Assembly: GCA_050258415.1 (NCBI GenBank)
Contig: JBLMYS010000126.1
Span: 1-58,213, forward strand
Direction: 5' to 3'
DNA length: 58,213 nucleotides
Source: Acidobacteriota bacterium
Lineage (GTDB): Bacteria; Bacteroidota; Ignavibacteria; Ignavibacteriales; SURF-24
Positions 1 through 10,372 of this stretch are shown piece by piece. Under the pieces are notes generated by a model. That model had not been told where the DNA came from. It ran no database searches and was given only the letters and a program-made list of their open reading frames with translations. Made by a program: the position numbers and the translations under genes. Numbering within the stretch: position 1 is the first letter of the stretch; every line of letters starts with the position of its first letter.

Positions 1-1840
1 TATTGCCATACTGGTACTTTAAGCCGGCTTCCCTCAGCTCTTCATCCCTGTTGTTCGCATATTCCGGTATATCATAATTCCGGTTAAATTCCACCTCATT
101 TATGCGGTCTAAAGTCGAAAAATTCTTCTGTATGAACCTGTCCTTGTAGCTAAGGCCTGCTTTGCCTAAGTTTATCCCAAAAAGCTCTATATCCCTGGGC
201 TTTGCCTGAAGGAAAACATTTCTAGCTGAACCAAAGCTGTTGCTGCTGTCGCTTGAAGAAAAGCGGTTATGATTAAGAAGGCTTCCTGATAATTCAAGGC
301 TCAGGCTCACGTCTTTATAAGGCAAGTACTCGAGAACCATATTCCCCGTTTGCCTTAATTCCGGCATAGGAAGAAATATGATCGGCATATACCCCCCACG
401 GCCTACACCGACGAACCTGTACTTGCCGAGGCTTTCTTTTTCATAGTCACCCTTGCCCTGCCCCGTATAGCTAAAGTTTACGTTGTAGCGCCCCGGTCCG
501 GGGTTAAATACGTAATAGGTATAAGGCGCACCGTTAACAAGAGTATCGACGCTGGAATACGTACCCTTTATGTTCCCAAGTGAATCCGCCTGCGCCACTT
601 GAACGCCTGATTTCGATGCCTTCAGGCGGTCGCCTCCTGCCTGTTCAAGTATCCTCTTATCCTGATCTGAAATTGAAACGTCAATCGGAGCATCCTGGTT
701 GTCTCCTTCCCTGAAGAACCCCAGGCTCAGATTCAGCTTTTTATCCAGCTGGTTCGTCTGAAAACTGCTTCCAAAGAAACTCCTGGCAAAGCGCCTGTCG
801 GAATACTCAAAATCAATTACAATGCGGCTTTCTGAAGTAATGAGCTTTTTGGGCGTAAAAGTCACCTGTGCCGTCGAATAATCGATTGTGTAATCGTTAT
901 TCTCCCCTCTTTTCATCAATTCGCCATCTATATACACCCTTTCACTTCCGGCTATTACAACAATATCCCTTTCATTGTTTGTACCCGAGAGCTGATACGG
1001 CCCCTGAACCCCTTCACTCCCTATAAACTGGTTCGAGTTGAACCTGCCTTTTGAGTTTGCAACGGCAACAGTGCCTTTGTACTTATCAAAATTAAGCTCC
1101 GACTTCAGGCCCTGAAGCTTTCTTGTAACAGCCCCGAATTCTCCCGTTCTGCTCTGGAAATCGTAATCTCCGAATGTCCCGGTGGCATTCGGATGCCTCA
1201 GCTCAATAAATACCTTATCCAGTTCATCCAGCCTTTCGGTATTCCCTTCGGGCTGAATCGGAATGTTCTCATCCGACAAAGCCGCAACAATTTCAATGTT
1301 TTCTGAAAGCTTTCCCGACATCTGAAGCCTGAGACCGCTGTTTAAGGTCATATCTCTGGTTGTTCCAACCGTAAAACCTCTGACGAGTGTGCCGCTTTTC
1401 TGCAGATCCTTGCCAAAAATGGATTCCGGACTGAAAATTGCGTTTTCACTCCTCAGTACCCTAAGCGTGTCACGTGAGTCTTTCTCAATCCTGGTCTCCA
1501 GAATCCTTCTTTTATACTCTTTCTGTAGCTGGGTCCTGTAACTCCTGTAGGTAATAATGAGTGTATCAAGCACTGAAGCCTTAATCGAGTCTGTCAAACT
1601 GACATAGGCCTTCGGATAAGAAACCTGGTACTCCCCGGGCCTTAGAATTTTCCCCTTAAACTTTAACTGTTCACTGAAAGGTACAATACTTAACGATGAA
1701 AGAGGATAAATATTCCTTAAATTGACCTGAATTGTATCAGTAACAACATAAGTGGAATAATTTTCCTGTGCGAAAAGCTTATTGCTGCCGGTACAGATTA
1801 AAATTAGTAGGAAAAAGAGATATTTAAGGATAAGCTTCAA
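1..1840 (-). CDS. Large secreted/outer-membrane-type protein, N-terminal ~613 codons; the gene runs off the left edge of the window
   Basis: The minus-strand frame is uninterrupted from TTG at 1840 to position 1. The N-terminus looks like a signal peptide (LKLILKYLFFLLILICTGSNKLFAQE...). An in-frame stop lies just upstream at 1871-1873. It is absent from the ORF track, probably because it has no stop inside the window. No family recognised. Confidence 0.6.
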   Translation of the reverse strand, partial: MKLILKYLFFLLILICTGSNKLFAQENYSTYVVTDTIQVNLRNIYPLSSLSIVPFSEQLKFKGKILRPGEYQVSYPKAYVSLTDSIKASVLDTLIITYRSYRTQLQKEYKRRILETRIEKDSRDTLRVLRSENAIFSPESIFGKDLQKSGTLVRGFTVGTTRDMTLNSGLRLQMSGKLSENIEIVAALSDENIPIQPEGNTERLDELDKVFIELRHPNATGTFGDYDFQSRTGEFGAVTRKLQGLKSELNFDKYKGTVAVANSKGRFNSNQFIGSEGVQGPYQLSGTNNERDIVVIAGSERVYIDGELMKRGENNDYTIDYSTAQVTFTPKKLITSESRIVIDFEYSDRRFARSFFGSSFQTNQLDKKLNLSLGFFREGDNQDAPIDVSISDQDKRILEQAGGDRLKASKSGVQVAQADSLGNIKGTYSSVDTLVNGAPYTYYVFNPGPGRYNVNFSYTGQGKGDYEKESLGKYRFVGVGRGGYMPIIFLPMPELRQTGNMVLEYLPYKDVSLSLELSGSLLNHNRFSSSDSSNSFGSARNVFLQAKPRDIELFGINLGKAGLSYKDRFIQKNFSTLDRINEVEFNRNYDIPEYANNRDEELREAGLKYQYGN

Positions 1841-1973
1841 TAGTAAACTTGATTTTTTGATGCATAAATCTAAGGAGCCCTGATCCAAAAGTCAAAAGTG
1901 AAAGATTTGCCCTAAAAGGTAAAAATCAGGTCAAATTCCCCTTTTTTAGATTTATGCACCACCTGCTGAAGTT

Positions 1974-4271
1974 CTAAAGTTCAAGACATATGCCTATTGA
2001 AGGAACAATCCCAAGTATGGGGTCGTTAGCTATTCTGTTTTCACTCTTCTCCCACCTGATCATTGTCCTGGCCTTATGATTGTACAGGTTCTGTATGTCC
2101 AGGTAGGTCCTTAGTTTCCATCCCCCTAAATCCCATTTCCTGTCCAGCCTCACATCCAGGCTGTGCTGTTCCCCAAGGCGCGCCGTGTTATAGAGCGCAG
2201 GATCCTGTTTCCCGTTGGCATCGAATGGGGTGTAGGGAATGCCGCTTGCAAAGCGGAACTTAAGATCAATCTCCCATTTCTCATCAAAGATATACCCCAG
2301 GGCTACGTGTACGATCCAGGTCTGGTCGTAACTTCCCAGGCGTTCAATTTTATCCAGCCCTTCAAATGTTGCCTTGCTCCATGTAATGTTTAATGCTCCC
2401 CAGAAAGGGCTCTCTGAAAACCTTTTCTGAATTGAGAACTCTAAACCTTTAACCCATCCTTTCCCCAGGTTGACGAGGGAATCTAGCCCGAAGGATGCAA
2501 AGTTATCGTCAATCCCGGCAAAACCCGCCCCTGTGTTAGACATGACGAGATACGGCCTCTCGACACTGACCGGATAACCAGTATAAGTCTTATAAAAACC
2601 TTCAAGTGTCAGTTTCGTGTCGTCGGTTATACTCTGGTCCAGGCCTATAGTAAGCTGATCGCTCCTGAAGCTCTTAAGCCTTTCATTTGCAGGATTTATT
2701 GAATTCCACAGGTCATTTGGCGTCTGACGGTAGATTCCGGCGCTGAAATTCAGGCTCGTTGATCTTGACAGTGAAAATTGAGAAAAGAACCGGGGAGAAA
2801 TAGTGTTGTCCTCTCTACCTGAATCATAAAAATCAGCCCTCAGCCCCGCTCCCAGCTTCAGCTTGTTCCAGAAGCGGTGGCTGTACTGGGCATATATTCC
2901 ACCCTTCATATACTCCTTTTGGATATTTAACCCTTCGGTTGCAAGCTTTTCATCGAAAGACGTAAAATAATCTACAAGCCTTACGTTTGCATTAAAATCT
3001 ACCAGTTTCGCAATAGTCCCGAAATCCATCTCGTCTTCAGGGGAAAAGTTCAGTACAAAATCCCCCTTTATCGTGTTTTCTTCCTCAGTAGACCTGTATT
3101 CAAATATGTTGTTTGGAACAGTTTCATATCCAAAATGCGTACTGCTGAAACTGAGGTTGAAGTAGCCTTTGCTGAAAATGCTCTTAAATGTTGCCGCACC
3201 TATGTAGTTATTCTGGTGGCTTCCCATTGCCCGAGGGTTTTCATCTCTCAGGTTTCCTGAAATGTTGAAGAACTTCACACGGTCAATTACACCGAAAAAC
3301 AGGAAAGACAGCTGGCTGAAATTGTTCAGTTTTGTGTTCGTTTTTGCAAAAAAATCGTAGTATTCGGGGGCAAATGAAAAGCCCGAAGCCCGGAATACAA
3401 AATCGAGATAGCTCCTTCTGGCCGAGAGAATAAAGGTGGATTTTTCATTGACGGGCCCCTCAAGATTAAGTGCGAACTGCGTTGCTGAAAGAACCGCTTT
3501 GCCTCCAATTCTATCGTTTCTTCCCTCCCGCAGGTTGACCTGCGTCACACTGGAGATCTTGTCTCCGAAGGAAATCGGAAAGCCGCCTGAGGAAAATGAA
3601 GTTGAGCTTACAAAGTCCATGTTTATAAAGCTCATTACACCCCCGGAAAAGCCCTGGTTTCCAAAATGATTGATGTTGGGAAGAATAATGCCGTCAACGG
3701 TGTAAAGATTTTCAGCCGGACTGCCGCCTCTTACAACCAGATCGTTCCTGTAATTATCTACCTGCGCTACACCGGGAAATATCGCAAGGCTCCTTACAAT
3801 ATCATCAAAATTCCCGGAAATCCTTTTTACTTCCTCATTGTTGAATTTAACAGAGCCGACAAACTCATTCATATCTTTCTGGAAATACCTAGGCTTGATA
3901 GTTACTCCGGGAACTTCTGCCAGCCTTTCGGCAAGAAAGAAGTTCTGCACCAGATCTGAAGTTGTAATTCTGAAGTGTTCCATCACTACCGTCTTGTACC
4001 CCGCAGCAGTTACAATCACCCTGTAAGTCCCTTTTGGAACATTAATCAGTGCGTATTCACCATCGTCGCTGCTGTAGGCAATGTAAGTCTCATTCAGCTC
4101 AATTGTGGCACCCATGACCGGTTTTAATGTAACTGAATCCCGGATAATTCCGGAGAGGCTTCCCCTTTGGGCGTAAATAGGCCCACTGGTGCATAAAACC
4201 ATTGCATACAGGATTATTAAAAGAAAAACATATAAAAATTTATATAGGACATCGTATCTTCTTGTATTCAC
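1974..4271 (-). CDS. TonB-dependent-receptor-like outer membrane protein with an N-terminal carboxypeptidase-regulatory-like domain
   Basis: 765-aa ORF with a signal peptide ending PIYAQ. It has a CarboxypepD_reg-type beta-sandwich (DGEYALINVPKGTYRVIVTAAGYK) and a plug-like segment (DDIVRSLAIFPGVAQ...VVRGGSPAENLYTVDGI). The long C-terminal part is beta-barrel-like. Confidence 0.75.
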   Translation of the reverse strand: MNTRRYDVLYKFLYVFLLIILYAMVLCTSGPIYAQRGSLSGIIRDSVTLKPVMGATIELNETYIAYSSDDGEYALINVPKGTYRVIVTAAGYKTVVMEHFRITTSDLVQNFFLAERLAEVPGVTIKPRYFQKDMNEFVGSVKFNNEEVKRISGNFDDIVRSLAIFPGVAQVDNYRNDLVVRGGSPAENLYTVDGIILPNINHFGNQGFSGGVMSFINMDFVSSTSFSSGGFPISFGDKISSVTQVNLREGRNDRIGGKAVLSATQFALNLEGPVNEKSTFILSARRSYLDFVFRASGFSFAPEYYDFFAKTNTKLNNFSQLSFLFFGVIDRVKFFNISGNLRDENPRAMGSHQNNYIGAATFKSIFSKGYFNLSFSSTHFGYETVPNNIFEYRSTEEENTIKGDFVLNFSPEDEMDFGTIAKLVDFNANVRLVDYFTSFDEKLATEGLNIQKEYMKGGIYAQYSHRFWNKLKLGAGLRADFYDSGREDNTISPRFFSQFSLSRSTSLNFSAGIYRQTPNDLWNSINPANERLKSFRSDQLTIGLDQSITDDTKLTLEGFYKTYTGYPVSVERPYLVMSNTGAGFAGIDDNFASFGLDSLVNLGKGWVKGLEFSIQKRFSESPFWGALNITWSKATFEGLDKIERLGSYDQTWIVHVALGYIFDEKWEIDLKFRFASGIPYTPFDANGKQDPALYNTARLGEQHSLDVRLDRKWDLGGWKLRTYLDIQNLYNHKARTMIRWEKSENRIANDPILGIVPSIGICLEL

Positions 4272-4392
4272 GTTTACCCCTCTATTTCATTGGCATCATT
4301 GGATGATAGCTGGCTTTAAGGAATGATTATACGGTATTTATTATGGTCCCATATACTATTCATATATATAGTATAAAAAGAAAGGTAGGCAT

Positions 4393-4436
4393 AAAAAAAT
4401 GCCCTACGGGTCTTTGTGACCCAGATCAGGCATTTT
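4393..4436. terminator. Compound GC-rich hairpin flanked by an A-run and a T-run; likely terminator of the efflux operon
   Basis: Sequence is aaaaaaatgccctacgggtctttgtgacccagatcaggcattttt. The outer stem is aatgcc/ggcatt and the inner stem gggtc/gaccc. It lies 46 nt downstream of the stop at 4482 on the minus strand. Confidence 0.6.
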
Positions 4437-4481
4437 TAATAATTTCAGTAGTTTATTAGAATAGAGGGAGTACGCTGGTTT

Positions 4482-5711
4482 TTATTCGTACCTTAGAGCT
4501 TCAATGGGATCTAAATTTGATGCTTTTATTGCAGGGTATACCCCGAAGACAAGGCCTACGGCCGAGGTGACAATAAGACCAACAACAATCCAGAAGACAG
4601 GCACTACTACAGAGGCCTTAAGAAGGACGGCAATTATATTGCCTCCAATAAGCCCCAGTATAATGCCGGAAATTCCACCTAAAAGACTTAGAACCGTTGC
4701 CTCGGCAAGAAACTGAAAACGAATCGTATTTTTCTGGGCTCCAATGGCCTTGCGAATGCCGATTTCTCTGGTCCTTTCGGTAACGCTTACAAGCATTATA
4801 TTCATAATACCAATTCCTGCGGCAATAAGTGCAATGAAAGCCACTACCCCGGCGCCGATCCTGAAATACTTCGTAATATCATTAAACTGTGAGATCAGCT
4901 GACTGTTGGTCACAATTTCAAAATCATTGTCCTCTCCAGGCGCCACCTTTCGGATTGTCCTGAGAGCCCCGATCACCTGGTCCATGGTCGCCTGGTATTT
5001 ATTGTTGTCGGGAGCCTGTATGTTATACTGTGCCGAGGAGTGGTCGCCATAATACTTTGTATATACGCTTATAGGAATCACAACGAAGTTATCCTGGCTT
5101 TGACCAAGGACACTACCTTTTTCCTTGAAGCGTCCTATGACCTCCAGCCTCATATTGTCAATTGTGATTTTCTGTCCTATTGGGTCTATAGTTTTGAAGA
5201 GTTTCTTTGCAATATCAGTCCCTATTGCACAAACGTTTCTGCTGTACTGCATATCCTGGTTTGAAAAACCTCTTCCATCCTCGATTACATAACTTGAGGA
5301 TATAAATTCGTCATTATTGACCCCCACGAGCGTAACATTCGGATTTGTAGCTTCCTTGTTATACTTCACCATGCGGCTTCCCTGGTAGAGAGATATTCCC
5401 ACTGAAACAGGGAGTGTTGTTAATTCCCTTAATTTCTCCCCCTGGGCCACGCTAAGATCTTTTCTGTTGCGGTATTTCATCCAGGCTCCGTGCCCCGTCT
5501 GTATGGCAGGGTACTTCTGCACAATAATATTATTTGTACCTATCTCGTTAAAGGCTTCTTCAAAGGTTCCCTGTATGGCTGAAATTGCAGTCATAACAAT
5601 AATGATCGAGAAAAGCCCGATAGCTATTCCGACCAGCGTAAGAATAGAGCGGGTTTTGTTGCTCCTCAGGGAGTTTAACGCCATTATTATGCTTTCATAT
5701 ATCTGTACCAA
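4482..5711 (-). CDS. ABC transporter permease, MacB/FtsX family (type-B paralog, distal copy)
   Basis: N-terminal TM, large periplasmic domain and a C-terminal FtsX 3-TM module with GIMNIMLVSVTERTREIGIRKAIGA. Ends in DPIEALRYE. Closest by eye to 7131..8363. Confidence 0.9.
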   Translation of the reverse strand: MVQIYESIIMALNSLRSNKTRSILTLVGIAIGLFSIIIVMTAISAIQGTFEEAFNEIGTNNIIVQKYPAIQTGHGAWMKYRNRKDLSVAQGEKLRELTTLPVSVGISLYQGSRMVKYNKEATNPNVTLVGVNNDEFISSSYVIEDGRGFSNQDMQYSRNVCAIGTDIAKKLFKTIDPIGQKITIDNMRLEVIGRFKEKGSVLGQSQDNFVVIPISVYTKYYGDHSSAQYNIQAPDNNKYQATMDQVIGALRTIRKVAPGEDNDFEIVTNSQLISQFNDITKYFRIGAGVVAFIALIAAGIGIMNIMLVSVTERTREIGIRKAIGAQKNTIRFQFLAEATVLSLLGGISGIILGLIGGNIIAVLLKASVVVPVFWIVVGLIVTSAVGLVFGVYPAIKASNLDPIEALRYE

Positions 5712-5723
5712 CTTTCCCCCTCA

Positions 5724-6971
5724 TTATTCATATCTTAAAGCTTCAACAGGATTCATCTTCGATGCCTTGTAGGCGGGAAGAAATCCCGAGACCACACCCA
5801 CCATTGCCGCAATGAAAAACGATATCATCACAATGTTCAAGGGCATGCTTGTCGGAATAAACTGGTTAATTATAAGGCTTACCGGAAAAGCCAGAATAAT
5901 ACCTATTGCGCCTCCCATCATGCAGATGATTGCGGCTTCTGCCAGGAACTGCAGGAGTATAGACCAGGTTTTGGCTCCTATTGCCTTGCGGATCCCAATT
6001 TCCTTGGTCCTTTCCTTAACGGAAACAAACATTATATTCATTATGCCTATTGCACCCACAAAAAGCGACAAAGCCGTTATTACAAGTCCTGCAATTGCAA
6101 CCGTGCCGATTATCTTGTCGTACATCTGCTGAAAAGCTTCCTGCTGGTTGATTGCAAAGTCGTCGGGTTTATTTGAAGGGACTTTTCTTATTGCGCGCAT
6201 AATATCTCTTATTTCTTCCTTAACCTCGGCCATTTTATTAATATCATTTACCTTTACGTTGATCCTGAAAGAGTCACGCCTCGGCCCGAAAGCTTTCCTG
6301 AATACTCCAAGCGGCATAATTACCTGCCCGTCCATGCTGAAGGAACCTAAGAATCCGCTCCCCTGCTTTTCCAGTACACCTATTACTCTCAGGGGAATTC
6401 CATTCAGTTTGATCATTTTATTAATAGGATCCTCATTTGGGAACAGGTTATCTACTATGTCCTGCCCTATGATGCAGACTTCGTGATTGGCCTTTTCCTC
6501 AAAGTCTGTCATAAACCTTCCAGAGGAAGGGAATGTTCCCGTAGTTTTTATGTAATCGGCAGTTGTACCCCAGATGATGGTTGTTGTTGCGCTTCTTTCC
6601 TTGTATTTTGCCGTAGCCCCGAAACTTCTCAGGTTTGGAACGGCAACCTCTACATTGGGAACCGAAGCAAGCTGAGCCTTCAGTTTTTCATACTGGTCCA
6701 TCGTAAGGTCACGCCTGTTTCTCTGCGTGTGCCAGTCCTCGCCCGAGAACCACTCGAACTTTTCAACAAAAAGCACGTCGGATCCAATTGAAGCGATTGA
6801 TTTTATAAAGGAGTTCTTTAAGCCTGTAATTGCAGTGGACATAATTGTTACAGCAAAAATGCCTATTACAATTCCAAGAGTAGTTAAAATTGAGCGCATC
6901 TTGTTCGCTCTTATTGCCCTGAGGGAGATTATCACACCCTCTTTTACATCCACCAGAAAGTGCTTAAACAT
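5724..6971 (-). CDS. ABC transporter permease, MacB/FtsX family (type-A paralog, distal copy)
   Basis: Same MacB_PCD + FtsX architecture, with motif FVGAIGIMNIMFVSVKERTKEIGIRKAIGA. The N-terminus LRAIRANKMRS parallels 8363..9598. Confidence 0.9.
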   Translation of the reverse strand: MFKHFLVDVKEGVIISLRAIRANKMRSILTTLGIVIGIFAVTIMSTAITGLKNSFIKSIASIGSDVLFVEKFEWFSGEDWHTQRNRRDLTMDQYEKLKAQLASVPNVEVAVPNLRSFGATAKYKERSATTTIIWGTTADYIKTTGTFPSSGRFMTDFEEKANHEVCIIGQDIVDNLFPNEDPINKMIKLNGIPLRVIGVLEKQGSGFLGSFSMDGQVIMPLGVFRKAFGPRRDSFRINVKVNDINKMAEVKEEIRDIMRAIRKVPSNKPDDFAINQQEAFQQMYDKIIGTVAIAGLVITALSLFVGAIGIMNIMFVSVKERTKEIGIRKAIGAKTWSILLQFLAEAAIICMMGGAIGIILAFPVSLIINQFIPTSMPLNIVMISFFIAAMVGVVSGFLPAYKASKMNPVEALRYE

Positions 6972-7070
6972 GTTTAGATCTGCTCATTCTAAATATTAAT
7001 TGTAAATACGGTCTTAAAATATAGTTTTGCCCAGAAAAAACAAAACCGAAATCTTTCCTTAAAAAAGCAA

Positions 7071-7101
7071 GGTAAAGCACTGCCAGGGTGCTTTACCTTT
7101 T
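7071..7101 (-). terminator. Intrinsic-terminator-like stem-loop between the two permease pairs
   Basis: 10-bp stem ggtaaagcac / gtgctttacc with a 7-nt loop. On the minus strand it is followed by ttgctttttt. It sits in the 159-nt gap between 7131 and 6971. Confidence 0.45.
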
Positions 7102-7130
7102 ACTTTGTTATCTGAATTCTTTGGCAGGCA

Positions 7131-8363
7131 TTATTCGTATCTCAGCGCCTCAATAGGGTCTAAATTTGCGGCTTTATAGGCTGGATAAGTTCCAAATGTT
7201 ATTCCAATTCCAAGACATACAATAACACCCGTCAGCACAGACATTATGGGGAATGTCGGCGTTGCCTTTAAGAGGAGTCCGGCAATATTGCCTATTCCAA
7301 CACCGAACAAAATTCCTATTATGCCTCCGGATATTGAAAGAACAACAGCTTCAAATAAAAACTGTATTAAAATGTTTTTCTTCTGGGCCCCGACGGCTTT
7401 TCTGACCCCGATCTCTCTTGTCCTTTCAGTTACGCTTACAAGCATTATATTCATAATCCCAACACCCGCAGCAAGTAACGCAATTGCGGCAATGACCAGG
7501 GCCCCTATTTCGGCTCCCTGCTTAATGCCGTTAATGGTCTGCATTACGGTCTCGTTTGAGAATATTTCAAAATCATTCTCCTCACCTGCCGGAACCTTTC
7601 TGATCGTGCGCATGTAGCCTACTGCGGCTTCAATTGTCTGATCGTATGTATCCTTTCCACGCGACATGACAGTTATGTTGACGCTGTTGCTAGTCTTTCC
7701 GTAAAAATTCTGGTAAGCAGTTATAGGCATAACGACAAAATTATCGCGGCTCTGCCCGAACATCTCACCCTGGGATTCATAGACCCCTATTACCTGAAGT
7801 TTTTTCCCGTCAACCCTTATGTACTGCCCGACCGGATCGATAGTGGTGAAAATCTTTTTTGCAACGTCTTTACCCAGCACGCAGACGCGGCTATAGTGCT
7901 CAACGTCGGAGTTGTTTATTGCCCTTCCATCCTCTATGATCCATTTATTGTTTGGCTGTGCCTCAGGTGTAATTCCGGAGATCTGTACGTTGGGATTTGT
8001 CTCAATACTCCCGTACTTTACGACTTTGCCGAAATTCCACTGCTCTGCCCCGACAAACTCAGCTACGGTCAGAAGATCCTTCAGCCTGTAATACTCCTCC
8101 AGCGTCAGGTCTTTTCTGTTCCTGAACTTGTCGCGCGAACCGGGGCCCCCTTCCTGCATGGCAGGAAACTTCTGTATCTGGAAGGTATTCTGTCCCAGCA
8201 TTGAAGTGCCCTCTTCAATGCTGTTCTGCAGCATGGCAATAACCGTACTTATGGAAATTATGGAGAATATACCTACCACAATGCCAAGAATGGTTAAAAA
8301 TGACCTTAACTTATTTACCTTCAGGGCATTGAATGCAACAAGAAATACTTCCGCGATCTTCAT
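7131..8363 (-). CDS. ABC transporter permease, MacB/FtsX family (type-B paralog, proximal copy)
   Basis: MacB_PCD + FtsX architecture with GIMNIMLVSVTERTREIGVRKAVGA. Its start overlaps the stop of the upstream permease by 1 nt at 8363. Confidence 0.9.
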   Translation of the reverse strand: MKIAEVFLVAFNALKVNKLRSFLTILGIVVGIFSIISISTVIAMLQNSIEEGTSMLGQNTFQIQKFPAMQEGGPGSRDKFRNRKDLTLEEYYRLKDLLTVAEFVGAEQWNFGKVVKYGSIETNPNVQISGITPEAQPNNKWIIEDGRAINNSDVEHYSRVCVLGKDVAKKIFTTIDPVGQYIRVDGKKLQVIGVYESQGEMFGQSRDNFVVMPITAYQNFYGKTSNSVNITVMSRGKDTYDQTIEAAVGYMRTIRKVPAGEENDFEIFSNETVMQTINGIKQGAEIGALVIAAIALLAAGVGIMNIMLVSVTERTREIGVRKAVGAQKKNILIQFLFEAVVLSISGGIIGILFGVGIGNIAGLLLKATPTFPIMSVLTGVIVCLGIGITFGTYPAYKAANLDPIEALRYE

Positions 8364-9598
8364 TATTCATACCTCAATGCTTCCACAGGATCCATCTTCG
8401 CGGCAGAATATGCTGGGGCGAAACCGGAAATTACTCCTGTAATTAGTGAAATACTTATTGCAAGAATGACTGCATCGGCCTGAAAGGAAGTAGGCAGAAA
8501 CTGGTTTATTATTTTACTCAGAATAACGGCTCCTATAAGACCTATAAGGCCGCCTAAAAGGCAGAGTACCACAGCTTCAGTAATAAACTGCCCCAAAATT
8601 GTCCTCTTCCTGGCACCAATTGCCTTACGGATCCCTATTTCCTTTGTCCTTTCCTTGACCGAAACAAACATGATGTTCATTATGCCAATTGCGCCAACAA
8701 ACAGTGCCAGCCCGGTAATTATGAGCCCTACAATCTGTATAATGCCAACCGTGCTGTCGTATATCTTTGTCAGGCCCTGCTGCTGATTAATGGAAAAATC
8801 ATCATCCTGGTGATAAGCCAGTCCTCTGACCTTCCTCATAATCCCCTGAGCCTCCTCTACCGTCTTTTCTATCATCGCCGTATTGGCCACGCGCGCTACA
8901 ATTGTTACGCTTCTGAAGTGCTCGCTCTGAAAGTACTTGAAAACATTTCCGATCGGAAGGTATACCTGTTTATCGGGATTCATGCTTCCAAGCATGAAAC
9001 TTCCCTGCTCGGCCAGCACTCCGATTACCTTAAACTTCTGCCCTTTGACCTTTATATTCTGGTCAATGGCATCTCCCCTCGGGAAAAGAATCTTTGCAAC
9101 GTCGCTTCCTAAGACAACAACGTTTCTATTTCCGCGGCTTTCAACATCGTTGAAAAACCTCCCCTGGCTGAAAGTAAAGTTCGTGGTACCCAGGTATTCA
9201 TTGGTTGTTCCGGTCAAAATGGTGGACTCAGTTGTTATTGCTCCGTTTTTCAGCGTCTGAACCGTCCACACCTGCGGTGCAATGGCAACAGGCAGCTTTG
9301 CCATTTCCTTGTACTTCTCAAAGTCTTCCATGGTAAGATTCCGCCTGTTTCTGGTCTTCCACCACTCCTCATCCTGGAACCACTTCCATTTATCGATATA
9401 AAGGTTATCGGAACCAAGAGCGCTGATGCCATTCTGGAATGATGTATCTATCCCCTTTATGGCAGTTGACATCAGGACAACTGAAGTTACACCGATGAAG
9501 ATTCCTATTGCTGTTAAGGCGGAACGGATCTTATTGGCCTTAATTGCCCTGTATGAAATTGAAAGCCCCTCTTTAAGTTCAAACAAAAAATTCTTCAT
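8363..9598 (-). CDS. ABC transporter permease, MacB/FtsX family (type-A paralog, proximal copy)
   Basis: MacB_PCD + FtsX architecture with FVGAIGIMNIMFVSVKERTKEIGIRKAIGA. Ends in DPVEALRYE. Confidence 0.9.
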   Translation of the reverse strand: MKNFLFELKEGLSISYRAIKANKIRSALTAIGIFIGVTSVVLMSTAIKGIDTSFQNGISALGSDNLYIDKWKWFQDEEWWKTRNRRNLTMEDFEKYKEMAKLPVAIAPQVWTVQTLKNGAITTESTILTGTTNEYLGTTNFTFSQGRFFNDVESRGNRNVVVLGSDVAKILFPRGDAIDQNIKVKGQKFKVIGVLAEQGSFMLGSMNPDKQVYLPIGNVFKYFQSEHFRSVTIVARVANTAMIEKTVEEAQGIMRKVRGLAYHQDDDFSINQQQGLTKIYDSTVGIIQIVGLIITGLALFVGAIGIMNIMFVSVKERTKEIGIRKAIGARKRTILGQFITEAVVLCLLGGLIGLIGAVILSKIINQFLPTSFQADAVILAISISLITGVISGFAPAYSAAKMDPVEALRYE

Positions 9599-9618
9599 AT
9601 CGCTTCACTGCTTTCTTT

Positions 9619-10344
9619 TTATTGGTTAACAGTAAATTTACGTCCGTTCGGTATGTACCTGTTTTTTACGGGCTCGTCACGCTCAATTAAACCGTCCTTG
9701 ATCCTGATAATTCTTGCTGCATGCTCGGCAATATATTCCTCATGCGTAACAAGAATTATCGTATTGCCCTGCAGATAAATTTCATTGAACAAGGTCATAA
9801 TGTCTTCTCCTGTCTTCGAGTCCAGGTTGCCCGTAGGCTCGTCGGCCAGAATGATTGCAGGTCTTGTAACCAGGGCTCTTGCAATAGCCACCCTCTGCCT
9901 CTGTCCGCCCGAGAGCTCGTTTGGCTTGTGGTGGATCCTGTCGCCGAGACCCACATTAATCAAAGCCTCCCTGGCTCTTTCCTTTCTTTCCTGCGAGGGG
10001 ATGCCGGCATAGATTAAAGGGAGCTCGACATTATGAAGGGCATCGGACCTGGGAAGCAGGTTGAATGTCTGGAACACAAACCCGATTTCCCTGTTTCTTA
10101 CTTTTGCCAGGTCGTTGTCACTCATCTGACTGACATTAACCCCCTTGAAATCATATATGCCGTTTGTCGGAGTATCCAGGCATCCCAGCATATTCATCAG
10201 TGTAGATTTGCCTGAACCTGAGGGGCCCATTATGGCTACATATTCATTCTTGTCTATCTTAATTGAAATATCCCTTATAGCATGAACTTCTTCTGTACCG
10301 ACCTGATATACTTTGCTGATATGTTCAATGTTAATAATATTCAT
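9619..10344 (-). CDS. ABC transporter ATP-binding protein, MacB/LolD-type
   Basis: Walker [10 protein letters not shown], signature LSGGQRQR, Walker B ILADEPT and H-loop VTHE. 241 aa. Confidence 0.93.
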   Translation of the reverse strand: MNIINIEHISKVYQVGTEEVHAIRDISIKIDKNEYVAIMGPSGSGKSTLMNMLGCLDTPTNGIYDFKGVNVSQMSDNDLAKVRNREIGFVFQTFNLLPRSDALHNVELPLIYAGIPSQERKERAREALINVGLGDRIHHKPNELSGGQRQRVAIARALVTRPAIILADEPTGNLDSKTGEDIMTLFNEIYLQGNTIILVTHEEYIAEHAARIIRIKDGLIERDEPVKNRYIPNGRKFTVNQ

Positions 10345-10372
10345 TTTAAATCCGATTCTTTATTTGCTTTTA

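Noticed and set aside
4482-10344. The ATPase plus FtsX permeases could be a LolCDE lipoprotein-sorting system.
   Set aside because: The genes form one co-directional cluster with a TolC-family protein and an HlyD/MacA-type adaptor. That is the signature of a MacAB-TolC-type tripartite exporter rather than Lol.
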